IMG/VR virus record: IMGVR_UViG_2786546892_000017
Direction: 5' to 3' (one strand)
DNA: 64,000 nt
Source: a virus
Taxonomy: Duplodnaviria; Caudoviricetes
Shown here: positions 26,063 through 34,616 of the stretch, in pieces
Layout: every line of letters begins with the position of its first letter
Numbering within the stretch: the stretch's first letter is position 1
Notes under the pieces: model-generated
What the model was told of the DNA's origin: nothing
The model's input: only the letters and a program-made list of their open reading frames with translations
Database searches by the model: none
Program-made: the position numbers and the translations under genes

Positions 26063-26559
26063 CAGAACTGGCCAGATGCCGCCGCGATCAAGCCGAGTGT
26101 CAGGAGGTGAAACGTGTTGTCCACAACGATGACGGACCACGGCGACATTCCAACGGGCGGAAGCGATGCGAATACCGTTTGCCCGCTGACGTTCCGCATC
26201 CACCTACCCGCGAGACGGAAACGATCGATAGGCCAGTGAACCGCGAAACACACCAGTAAACCCCACCACGGCATCCACCAGAGGGAGCAGGCGAACACGG
26301 CCAGCGTGTACAGGCAGCAGTGAACGGTGCAGGCGAGGTGCCCACGAAGGCTGGTCGCCCGCTGTCCTGAGTAGGCATCCATTGCTGCGTTTCGGTCTAG
26401 CAATTTTCGTGAATAAGCGGGCAAATCGAACGGGTCCGCATCGACAGCCCAAGTGGGCTTGCGAGGACAGAGCGGGTTCGTCTTGTTCCCCGCCATCCAG
26501 TCATTCTGAAAAATGTAATCACCGAGCATATGCCCAACGATCAACCAGAACCCGACCAT
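26062..26559 (-). CDS. DUF3307-like membrane protein
   Basis: GHMLGDYIFQNDWMA..K; HCCLY; HWPID; VDNTFH. Confidence 0.8.
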   Translation of the reverse strand: MVGFWLIVGHMLGDYIFQNDWMAGNKTNPLCPRKPTWAVDADPFDLPAYSRKLLDRNAAMDAYSGQRATSLRGHLACTVHCCLYTLAVFACSLWWMPWWGLLVCFAVHWPIDRFRLAGRWMRNVSGQTVFASLPPVGMSPWSVIVVDNTFHLLTLGLIAAASGQF

Positions 26560-26598
26560 GAAATGCCCTCGCGTCAGTGATTCTCACGACCCGAGAGC

Positions 26599-26624
26599 AT
26601 CCTACCGCCCCGCGTTGCCTGACT
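26599..26624 (-). promoter_or_regulatory. class I promoter
   Basis: AGTCAGGCAACG-N8-TAGGAT. Confidence 0.8.
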
Positions 26625-26844
26625 CACAACCCGGCTCAACATCCCGTCGATACAGGTGATCTATCAGCGAATCCGCCGCTTCATCCGCGGATTCTTCGGT
26701 GGGCGACAGACCCCACCCTACCACCGTGTCCGCCTGCCTACGGCCAAAAACGGCCCAATAGTACAGGCTCGACGGGTCGCAGTCGTCCATCCGGAAGACA
26801 CGCTTGGAATACGCAGCCACAGCACACCCCTTCAGGATGCGACC

Positions 26845-26870
26845 ATCCTAACACGAAGCGTTGCCTGACT
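26845..26870 (-). promoter_or_regulatory. class I promoter
   Basis: AGTCAGGCAACG-N8-TAGGAT. Confidence 0.8.
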
Positions 26871-27160
26871 CCTACTTCCCATCCTTCCGCCCCACTCGCC
26901 CGGGCTTCGCCACAGGCTCCGGAGCATCCGCAGGGACAGGTGGAACGACAGCGGGCTGGGTATAGATCGTCTTGGCATCTTCTGATGCGACGGCCTTGGA
27001 TTGATTGGCCTTGTCGATCAACGTGGCAAGGTGAGCGAACGCGAATAACGCCGGCATCGGGGGCATCGTCGTTTCTCCATCGGGTAAAAGAAAAACCGCC
27101 GCCCACGGCTGGGGGACCGTAGACGGCGGCCGGGGGATGGATCTCGACCAAAAGGCCGCG

Positions 27161-27916
27161 TTAGCTCGCAGAGCCCTTCTCGATCGCGTAATTGATGACG
27201 ATGGCACCGGTCTCGGCCGTGGACGTCGCCGCGTTGTACACCGTGATCTTGAAGCTACCTGCGGCAACCCCGCTGACGTAGGCGACGGAGTTCCCGGAGT
27301 TCGACCCGCTGGCGATGCTCAGGTTGACCGTGTCAGCCGCCCCCATCGTCGAGTTCGTCACGGTGAATTGCGCGTATGCCGCGGCCGCCAGGCTCGTCGC
27401 GTTCGTCGTGATCTGGCCCGTGACGGTGTTCAGCGTCACGCCGGTCGTCCGACTGGTCGCCTGGGTAACGGTCCCACCAGATCCGGTCGTGTAGCCAACC
27501 CCGGCAGTCGGCGAACTGGATAACAGGGCCCCGGACGAGATCAGGCCGGTTGTAGCGGGGGTACTGACCGGCAAGTCCGAGGTGCCCACGAACGCGCCGG
27601 ACGCACCTGCCAGAACCACGGACCCCGACCCGAGGGCGGACAGGTTTACTTGAATCTGGGTGGCCAGCGGTGCCTTGACCAGCCACGACTTCGGGGACGT
27701 CGACCCAACCGAAATGTTGCCGGTGACGACGTTCCCGGTCGACTGATCGACCACGCCGATCGGCAGATAATTCGTCCCGTCAAGGGATTGGTAAAACGAA
27801 AGGGTGGCCCCGGTGAAGGTGCCACTCGCCTGAACGACGGCAGTGGTATCGGTCGCCTGCTTGGTGAACGTCACCGTGTCGGTGGTCGACAGTGTCTGGG
27901 CAGCAAACGCGGACAT
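27161..27916 (-). CDS. head decoration/fibre protein
   Basis: T/S/A/G-rich, GGTVTQATSRTTGVTLN motif; after capsid. Confidence 0.65.
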   Translation of the reverse strand: MSAFAAQTLSTTDTVTFTKQATDTTAVVQASGTFTGATLSFYQSLDGTNYLPIGVVDQSTGNVVTGNISVGSTSPKSWLVKAPLATQIQVNLSALGSGSVVLAGASGAFVGTSDLPVSTPATTGLISSGALLSSSPTAGVGYTTGSGGTVTQATSRTTGVTLNTVTGQITTNATSLAAAAYAQFTVTNSTMGAADTVNLSIASGSNSGNSVAYVSGVAAGSFKITVYNAATSTAETGAIVINYAIEKGSAS

Positions 27917-27946
27917 GCGGGGGATCTCCTGCGCGGTGGCGTCGGG

Positions 27947-28378
27947 TTAGTTGATGGCCGGCGGCTGGGCCGTCCCGTTCTGGAAGCCGAAGTTCTGGTC
28001 GATCTTCTGCTCAGCCAGCATGACGACCGAGATGAGGCAGCTCGTCCCCACGAGGGTGGCGACGGCTCGGACGTAGTTGTAAGTGCCGGTCGTGTTCTGG
28101 AAGGGCACGATCTGCACGGAATTGGCAGCCGTGATCGCCGTTCCGACCGCGTTGGTGATGTCCGTCCACCCGGTCGACCCATCCGCGGACTGTTGGACCT
28201 TGACGGTGACGCTGGTGAAGGTGTTCACCGCGCCGACGGACACGAGCATGTTCCCCACGTTGGGACCGACGCTCGCCATGTTAACGGCGGTGCCGTTGGT
28301 GTTCCCGCTGATCGACTGCGGGACGATGGTCTGGGCCTGGTACGCAACCAGACTTAAGTCGTTAAACTGCGTGGACAC
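27947..28378 (-). CDS. capsid-associated (cement/decoration) protein
   Basis: directly after capsid; VKVQQSADGSTGWTDI...YVRAV. Confidence 0.65.
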   Translation of the reverse strand: MSTQFNDLSLVAYQAQTIVPQSISGNTNGTAVNMASVGPNVGNMLVSVGAVNTFTSVTVKVQQSADGSTGWTDITNAVGTAITAANSVQIVPFQNTTGTYNYVRAVATLVGTSCLISVVMLAEQKIDQNFGFQNGTAQPPAIN

Positions 28379-28446
28379 TGAGGTATCTCCGGAAGGCGTG
28401 CGGGTATAAGAGGGGGCGGCGCGGTCGCCCCCGGAGGTGTCATTGC

Positions 28447-29910
28447 TTAGATCAGGCCTTGGCTACCGATGACGTTGGTCAGCCAGAGAAAAGCTTCGGG
28501 GTACTCGAACCCGACGTCTCCGTACATCGTTCCTTTGACGATGTACTGACCGTTCAAAAACGTGAACCCGTCGTGGCCTTGGGTGAACATCAGGGCGCCG
28601 TAGGTCGCCATGATGGCGTGGTTCCACATCCCGTAGAAGGCGTCGGAGAGGTTCGTGCCAGACCCCTTGGTCCGCGCCCCGTTGATGTTCGTGGACTGGA
28701 CTACCCGCCGACCCCGCCACTGCTGGGGGCCGCCGTCCGAGAACCGGCGGAGCAGGTCGACCAGCGGCCCGGCGCCGTCCCCGGCGGTCACAGCGTCGGC
28801 CCGGACGCCGAAGGCGGAGGCGAGGGCCGTGGGCCGCATGATCCACGTACCCTTGGTCGCGTCGAGGTTGAACGACCGCTCCTCGATCAGAACGGGGAGC
28901 AAGTCGCCATACTGCGGTAGAAGGGTGTTCCCGTTCGCCCCGATCCCCTTGCCGCTCGGGTAAGCGGTCTCGACGTTGATTACGGCCGCCGCATATTCGG
29001 CCGATGTCAGACCGGCAGGGATACTCGTCCCCCCGGTCCCGTAAAACGCGAATGCGTCGGCCTTCAGCCCGAGGGTGATGCCTAAATCGTTTTGGGCGAT
29101 CGTGTCGATGGTCCCCGAGGTGTAGTTGGTCGCTTCCTCCGAGATGTACATCGCCCCGCTAATCTTCTTCGCCGTCAAGGTCATCTGGCCGGTCCCGACC
29201 GTCGTGGCCGGGGTGGTCACGCCTTCGCCGAGTGCCGAGGCGACGGTCGGCCGGGTCAGACGGGGGCGCACGTACCGCCCTGACGGGGGAAGAGTCATCG
29301 ACTGGGCACCCGCAGCAAGGAAGGCCGCTTGCGGGCGGATCAAGGGAATCACTTCCCCTTGGACCGGCGGGGCCACCAACGACCCGCCGAGATTATCAAT
29401 GAACGCCGATTGGCCGGTCGCTTGGGTCGCGGACTTCCGGATGATGCCGCGGCGGGCCAGCCATTCGGCTTCTTCCGGGTCGTAGCTGCCGCCGGTGCGA
29501 ACGGCCGCGTCCTGTAAGACGGCCTTGGCGAACTTGCCGTCGTCGGTTTCCGCGACGTGGTCAAACCCGTCCCACCGGAGAGGGAGCCACTTCGCCCCGG
29601 CCGGGGCGCCGACCAGCCCTTGCCCGGTGGCGTGGAGGGCCTTGGAGAAACGGTCGATGGTGTCCATCTCGAACTTGGCGGCGGAAACGTCGTTCCGCGC
29701 GAGTCCGTTGATGGCGAAGGACGTCATCGAGAACCGCTTGGAGTCCGGGTTATTGGTCCCTGAGTGCCCCTTGGTGAACCGGGCGTTACCCGGACCGGCG
29801 CCGGGGGCCGGGCGGTCCTCCATCTCGCGGAGTTTCCTCTCGGCGGACTCCGCCTTTTCTTCAGCTTTCTTGACGCGGCTGATCAGTTCCGCCGCAGTGT
29901 ACTCGGCCAT
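28447..29910 (-). CDS. major capsid protein (HK97 fold)
   Basis: GGSLVAP, EG....T....LTAKKI....ISEE, YGTG....PAGL; N-terminal coiled-coil delta-like domain. Confidence 0.92.
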   Translation of the reverse strand: MAEYTAAELISRVKKAEEKAESAERKLREMEDRPAPGAGPGNARFTKGHSGTNNPDSKRFSMTSFAINGLARNDVSAAKFEMDTIDRFSKALHATGQGLVGAPAGAKWLPLRWDGFDHVAETDDGKFAKAVLQDAAVRTGGSYDPEEAEWLARRGIIRKSATQATGQSAFIDNLGGSLVAPPVQGEVIPLIRPQAAFLAAGAQSMTLPPSGRYVRPRLTRPTVASALGEGVTTPATTVGTGQMTLTAKKISGAMYISEEATNYTSGTIDTIAQNDLGITLGLKADAFAFYGTGGTSIPAGLTSAEYAAAVINVETAYPSGKGIGANGNTLLPQYGDLLPVLIEERSFNLDATKGTWIMRPTALASAFGVRADAVTAGDGAGPLVDLLRRFSDGGPQQWRGRRVVQSTNINGARTKGSGTNLSDAFYGMWNHAIMATYGALMFTQGHDGFTFLNGQYIVKGTMYGDVGFEYPEAFLWLTNVIGSQGLI

Positions 29911-29954
29911 TGTCTAAGACCTCGGAGTGAGAGTGTGCCTGGTGCGGCGGATGG

Positions 29955-31262
29955 TTATTTGGTGCGGGATTCGATCTTGCGAGTCTTGCGGTCGACCCGC
30001 TTGAGACCGGCGTTAAGTTCGCGGAGTTCGGCCGGAGTGAGTTCCAGACCCTTACTGACGGTCGCGGCCGGCTTGCGAAGGTCCGACACCTTGAACCGGG
30101 TCGGAAACCCCTTCCTGAACGCCTTGGACATCACGGCGCCGTCGTCCGTCATGGGCATCGTGTCGTCGGGCTCTCCGGTGTCGTTGTCCGGGGCTCCGAA
30201 CCCGCCATCGGGCCACACCTTCTGGGCGTCCACCTTGGCTTCTTTCGCCAACTCCTCGATCTGGTCTGCGACACCAGAGAGAAGTTCCAACCCTTCCTTG
30301 TCTTCCAGGTCCGGGCCGGCGACCGCGTCCTTGATCTGCTTGGCCGTGTCCATCAGTTGTTGGATCAGAGACATGACGGCCATGCCGGTCTTCTTCAGGC
30401 CCGGAGCGGCCTCTGCGTCCGGTTCCGTACTCGTCTCGTCGGGTTCGCCGGTATCCGCCGTGACATCGTCCGGGGTGTCTTCCGGGTCGGGCGCCGGATC
30501 GTTGTAATCGGCCATTGCTTTCCTCACGGGAACAGGGGTTTTGAGGTCGACCCCCGGAACCATCGCCCGGCGGGTAAATTGATCCAAATAAGGCTGGAGC
30601 GACTTCCGAATCAGCGGGCGAAGCGGCTCGCCGTTCAATCGCCCGGTGCCCGCGATCTGGAACGCCTTCTCGACTAACTCGGGGGCCAACACTTGCGCCC
30701 CGGGGTTGATCGGGTGCCGGCAGTGCGCCCATCCGTCGCCTTCCCACTCGTGGATCGCGTAGGCCGGGCCGCCCCGAATCAAGGACCGCCCGCGGACTTC
30801 ACTGTTGAGCGAGTGGGCTTCCAGGCTCACACCAGTCAAAATCCCGTGCTCAACCAATGCGAACGCCTGCGGGGCCACCTGGAGGCTTTCGTTGGGGTCG
30901 TACCGGCCGACCCGCCGGCCCTTCCCGTCGACGATCGCCATGTCCACGCCGTTCAGATCGCTCACCCGTTGGGCAAAGTGGGACAGGCCGATCGGGAGTT
31001 CCCATTCCTTGCCGTCGATCATTGCCATCCGGGTCGTCGGGACACCGTGGCCGATCGGAATGCCGTGCTCGTGGTTCACGCACGGCGTGTCAGCCCACCC
31101 GCGGCACCCGTCGGGGGCCACCAAGTCGCCCTCAAGGTCGACTGTGGGGTACGTCAGGACACTTGTGACCGTCATCCGCGACGGGTCGATCGCAGTCAGT
31201 TCCGGCAGAGCCTTCGTGAAGCGGTCGAAGGTCGCGCGGATCGCCTTGCGGGTGGCAACCAT
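29955..31262 (-). CDS. prohead protease/scaffold
   Basis: TVDLEGDLV, NHEH..PIG, G.LTGVSL, PINPGA; acidic C-terminal scaffold region. Confidence 0.8.
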   Translation of the reverse strand: MVATRKAIRATFDRFTKALPELTAIDPSRMTVTSVLTYPTVDLEGDLVAPDGCRGWADTPCVNHEHGIPIGHGVPTTRMAMIDGKEWELPIGLSHFAQRVSDLNGVDMAIVDGKGRRVGRYDPNESLQVAPQAFALVEHGILTGVSLEAHSLNSEVRGRSLIRGGPAYAIHEWEGDGWAHCRHPINPGAQVLAPELVEKAFQIAGTGRLNGEPLRPLIRKSLQPYLDQFTRRAMVPGVDLKTPVPVRKAMADYNDPAPDPEDTPDDVTADTGEPDETSTEPDAEAAPGLKKTGMAVMSLIQQLMDTAKQIKDAVAGPDLEDKEGLELLSGVADQIEELAKEAKVDAQKVWPDGGFGAPDNDTGEPDDTMPMTDDGAVMSKAFRKGFPTRFKVSDLRKPAATVSKGLELTPAELRELNAGLKRVDRKTRKIESRTK

Positions 31263-31266
31263 CGAG

Positions 31267-31611
31267 TTACCCTCCCGCCGGCCAAGGCCGCATTGCGTCA
31301 TTCGTGTACGACGACTGGCACCCCAGGCACCGGCACTGCCCGCCACCGCAGTCCATGCACTTGTCGCCACACCCGGGGCACTCGTAGGCCCCGCCCAGAA
31401 CCAAGTCCGGGGGCACTTCGGTCGTCCCGGGCGGCAGGGCGTGAGCGTGGTCGGCGATCGTCTGGAGATGCCCCGACTGAGCGATCCCGGCCAAGTGTTC
31501 GGTCGCCTCGTCCGGATCGGCACCGGGCGCAAAGAGCACGTCGAACACGTGGGCGAGCACGCGGCCTTCCGCGGGCGTTAGCGACTCGGCAGTGGGGGCG
31601 TCGATGGACAT
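31267..31611 (-). CDS. hypothetical protein with Cys-rich C-terminus
   Basis: leaderless start MSIDAP after class II promoter; CPGC..CMDC..CRCLGC. Confidence 0.55.
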   Translation of the reverse strand: MSIDAPTAESLTPAEGRVLAHVFDVLFAPGADPDEATEHLAGIAQSGHLQTIADHAHALPPGTTEVPPDLVLGGAYECPGCGDKCMDCGGGQCRCLGCQSSYTNDAMRPWPAGG

Positions 31612-31618
31612 GCCCCGG

Positions 31619-31642
31619 AAGGTGGGGCGGGGGTGGGAACTA
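31619..31642 (-). promoter_or_regulatory. class II promoter (protease-capsid operon)
   Basis: TAGTTCCC-N10-CACCTT-N7-ATG. Confidence 0.8.
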
Positions 31643-31674
31643 TAAACGGGGTGAGATTGGTACGGGAAATAACG

Positions 31675-31705
31675 CGCCCGGGTGTCTACCGTAGACACCC
31701 GGGCG
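31675..31705. repeat. 31-bp palindrome (15-bp arms), probable terminator/operator
   Basis: CGCCCGGGTGTCTAC-C-GTAGACACCCGGGCG between TIGR02996 gene and head promoter. Confidence 0.65.
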
Positions 31706-31741
31706 GTCGGGGAAAAGGTGGGGGATGTGATGGGTGAGGAA

Positions 31742-32656
31742 CTACTCGGCGGATCTTTCTACGGCCTGCGACCACTCGCGGAACGTCGGGGTGCGGACGA
31801 GACGGACACGGCGCCCTTCGATCAGAGTCGCCATTTCGTTGAAGCGATCCATTTGCGCAGTCGCACTGCGGAACGCTTCGGCGAGACGGTCGGCGGCATG
31901 AGTCGCACGCCTAACGGGGTATTCCCGCCCGTCACCGTACCACATAGCGGTCGGCCGCGGCTCCATCTCGAACACGATGCCGGGGAAAGCGTCGCGCAAG
32001 ATCCGCATCAGCACCGTGTCAGTACGACCAGTTCCGCGAACCTCGTCTCGCCGGGAATTAAGGACCATGTGTGTGAAAATTGGTGGGGCGTGTCCCTCGC
32101 CAACGGTGTTTATGCAATAAGTGGTCGTGCCGTCACTGAAGACTTCGCCGTAATACCAGTCTTCCCACGCCATCCGCACCCGCTCCAGGCCGGGGTTCGC
32201 CGCGGCGAACCCGCGGATGTGGGGGAGAAGGAAGGAGGGCAGAACGCCGGAAGCCTCTGAGACGAAACCGCGTCGGAAGCGAATGTCTTCTTGCACATCT
32301 CCAACATGCACCAAATAGCGGCCACAAGCCTGTATCCTCAATGCCTTTCGAAACAGACGGGCCGGGGCCTTCTTCTCCACCCATTGCATTACCAACTCAT
32401 CCGACCGCCGAGCCAAGGGGTTTGTGATCCATTCGCCAATCCGGGTAACAACATCCGCACCCTTCATTTGCTTAATAAAAGGCTCCAATTCTATCTGCAC
32501 ACGGATCGTCTCGGCCTCCGAGTGCCGCCCGTGCTCGTCCAGCCAGTCGGCATAGACAAGTCGTGGCAGGTCGTCGGCCTTGTTCGCCCGGATCGCGGCG
32601 AGGAACCCGGCCTCGTCGGCGGAGATGACCATGTCAAATATCCTCGCGCCGAGCAA
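31742..32656 (-). CDS. TIGR02996 domain protein
   Basis: EAGFLAAIRANKADDLPRLVYADWLDEHG...IRVQIEL...FRRGFV. Confidence 0.85.
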   Translation of the reverse strand: MLGARIFDMVISADEAGFLAAIRANKADDLPRLVYADWLDEHGRHSEAETIRVQIELEPFIKQMKGADVVTRIGEWITNPLARRSDELVMQWVEKKAPARLFRKALRIQACGRYLVHVGDVQEDIRFRRGFVSEASGVLPSFLLPHIRGFAAANPGLERVRMAWEDWYYGEVFSDGTTTYCINTVGEGHAPPIFTHMVLNSRRDEVRGTGRTDTVLMRILRDAFPGIVFEMEPRPTAMWYGDGREYPVRRATHAADRLAEAFRSATAQMDRFNEMATLIEGRRVRLVRTPTFREWSQAVERSAE

Positions 32657-32808
32657 CGTAACACCGCTTGCACCACCAGAGAATCGGGTTGTCTTGATCT
32701 GGATTTACAGACGTCAGGAACGGGTCCGGCGCACATATGCACGGCCGTGTTTCGTCACACTGTTCGCAGCGGAGAACAACGGCATCGCTCGCTGTGGTCC
32801 ATTCTTCG

Positions 32809-33150
32809 TCAGGGGTGGTTGTCACGAGGATGCCTCCCCGTCCAATTCTGGCGGCTTCCAACTCGGTTCGCGAAGCGGGTGCACCAGCCCTCTACCTTGT
32901 CGTGTTCATCGGTCGTTGACGGGTACACGAATCCGCCATTGGCCACATAAACACACCGGATATCGTCCGGAGGCCCAAACCCGCGGATCTCCACAATTTC
33001 TAACTTCGGCTTCGCATTGTTACCCCGGCCGTACAGGTAGCCGTAGAACCACCACCGCGTGCCGGGCATGCGAGGGAAGGCTTTCCGCCACGGGTTCATT
33101 TCGGCCACCGTGGGAAGCGGGCCGAAATCGTGTCCTTTCCAGACGGTCAC
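32809..33150 (-). CDS. hypothetical protein
   Basis: coupled (GTGA overlap) to Xre gene. Confidence 0.5.
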   Translation of the reverse strand: MTVWKGHDFGPLPTVAEMNPWRKAFPRMPGTRWWFYGYLYGRGNNAKPKLEIVEIRGFGPPDDIRCVYVANGGFVYPSTTDEHDKVEGWCTRFANRVGSRQNWTGRHPRDNHP

Positions 33151-33425
33151 TTCTTCTTACCTCCCTTGGGCGTCTCTCCGCCGAACATGAGCCACTGAAA
33201 CGGCACCCCATAGCCCTTCGCGATGTCGAACAAGAACTCTATCGTCGGGATGGCCGTCTTGCCCGTCTCGATCTTGTTCAAGTTGGCAAAAGGCACCCCG
33301 CACCGCTCCCCAGCCTCGCGTGCCGATAGCCCCGCATCCGCGCGGATGCGGCGTATCCGTTCCCTCACCCCTTCTGCCCACGCGAGCAATTCGGGGTTCA
33401 TCTCTTCTGGTCGTTTGCGTCCCAT
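33147..33425 (-). CDS. Xre-family HTH repressor
   Basis: ERIRRIRADAGLSAREAGERCGV...IETGK..PTIEFL..IAKGYGV..WL..G. Confidence 0.9.
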   Translation of the reverse strand: MGRKRPEEMNPELLAWAEGVRERIRRIRADAGLSAREAGERCGVPFANLNKIETGKTAIPTIEFLFDIAKGYGVPFQWLMFGGETPKGGKKK

Positions 33426-33431
33426 GAAAAC

Positions 33432-33493
33432 ATACTACCCAATATTTTTTTCTAGTCAACGATATTGACAACGTTGCCGGTATCGTCTACATT
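33432..33493. promoter_or_regulatory. divergent sigma70-type promoters with palindrome
   Basis: + TTGACA-N17-TACATT (33465..33493); - TTGACT-N16-TAGTAT 6 nt before repressor ATG; GTCAA-N5-TTGAC spans both -35 boxes. Confidence 0.7.
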
Positions 33494-33687
33494 ACTCTTG
33501 TCGACATGACCCCCCCCCCACAAAGGACTCTGAGCCATGCCCGCCCTCCTGCGCTCCGCCGCCTGGACCGTCGCTTACCTCCTGCTCACCTGCGCGTTCG
33601 GGGCGATCGTCGCCGGGACGGTTGGGGCAGTGCTGATGCCGGTGGTGATTGTGATTCTGGCGTTCTGTAACAACCGCTAACCGGGAG

Positions 33688-34119
33688 ATGACCATGTGCC
33701 GAGTCGCCAAACTCAAAGTCGCACCGACCGCCCGTATCGTCGGACCCATCCTTCCCCTGTGGGACATCCTCAGCGACGGCACCATGATTAGCTTCTGCCC
33801 CTCCCGCCGCGTGATGGAACTTCAGGGCCAGCGAGACCGGGCCATCACCTTGTACGCCCTGACGGAATGCACGGCCGTTGGCGGGAAGGGGATCACGTTG
33901 ACGAAGGCGGTGGGTCGCGGGACGGATGCTGAGGCGGACGGCTACACTGTGTTCGTCAGTGACTGTGGGCGGCGGGATAGTTGCGAGTGTCGTGGGTGGT
34001 TGCGACACGGGGGGTCTTGTCGGCATATTCTGGCGTGCCGGAAATTGGTGGGGGCGGGGTGGTTGGCGATGGGGAACCCGATGACGGAGATGCCGGAGAC
34101 GGTGGGGTGCCCGTTCTGA
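33688..34119 (+). CDS. SWIM zinc-finger protein
   Basis: YTV...SCECRGW.....CRHILA. Confidence 0.75.
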   Translation: MTMCRVAKLKVAPTARIVGPILPLWDILSDGTMISFCPSRRVMELQGQRDRAITLYALTECTAVGGKGITLTKAVGRGTDAEADGYTVFVSDCGRRDSCECRGWLRHGGSCRHILACRKLVGAGWLAMGNPMTEMPETVGCPF

Positions 34120-34141
34120 GGCAACTTCTGGGAGATAGGCA

Positions 34142-34408
34142 GTGGCTGACGAATTTATCGCCTTGGATTACTGCGGGTGGAACCAGACCTATGGCCGGTT
34201 CACACACATACCGTCCGGGGACACGTTGTTGTGTCTGCCCGGCATGGGGCAACGGGAATGGGACGAAGCCCAATGGCTGTTCCTCCAACAGTATCCGGGG
34301 CTGAATGTTCACATGTGCCCGGGGGCTTACACGACCGATGCGAAGTTACTCGGCTCGGCGGACGAGATTTGCGAACGGTTGGTTAAACGGCTCCCGGCCC
34401 CAATGTGA
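34142..34408 (+). CDS. hypothetical protein
   Basis: GGAG RBS, 88 aa. Confidence 0.5.
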   Translation: MADEFIALDYCGWNQTYGRFTHIPSGDTLLCLPGMGQREWDEAQWLFLQQYPGLNVHMCPGAYTTDAKLLGSADEICERLVKRLPAPM

Positions 34409-34616
34409 AACAAGAGAAAAAGCCTATGACCACCGAAGTCAACGTGACCCTGACCGAACAGTTCTACCACGCCATCGAGGACCGCCGCCGGGACTGCTGG
34501 CAGCGGTATAACAGGGCACGGCTCAGCGATGCCATCATTGCCCGCTACTGGCAGGATCGCCACGAGCGGTGTCAGGTGGCGTTGGAGTATTTGCAGGGGC
34601 GGTTTGAGCGGTCTCA

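Noticed and set aside
31675-31705. cos/pac site
   Set aside because: Far from terminase; location between an accessory gene and a late promoter favours a terminator/operator
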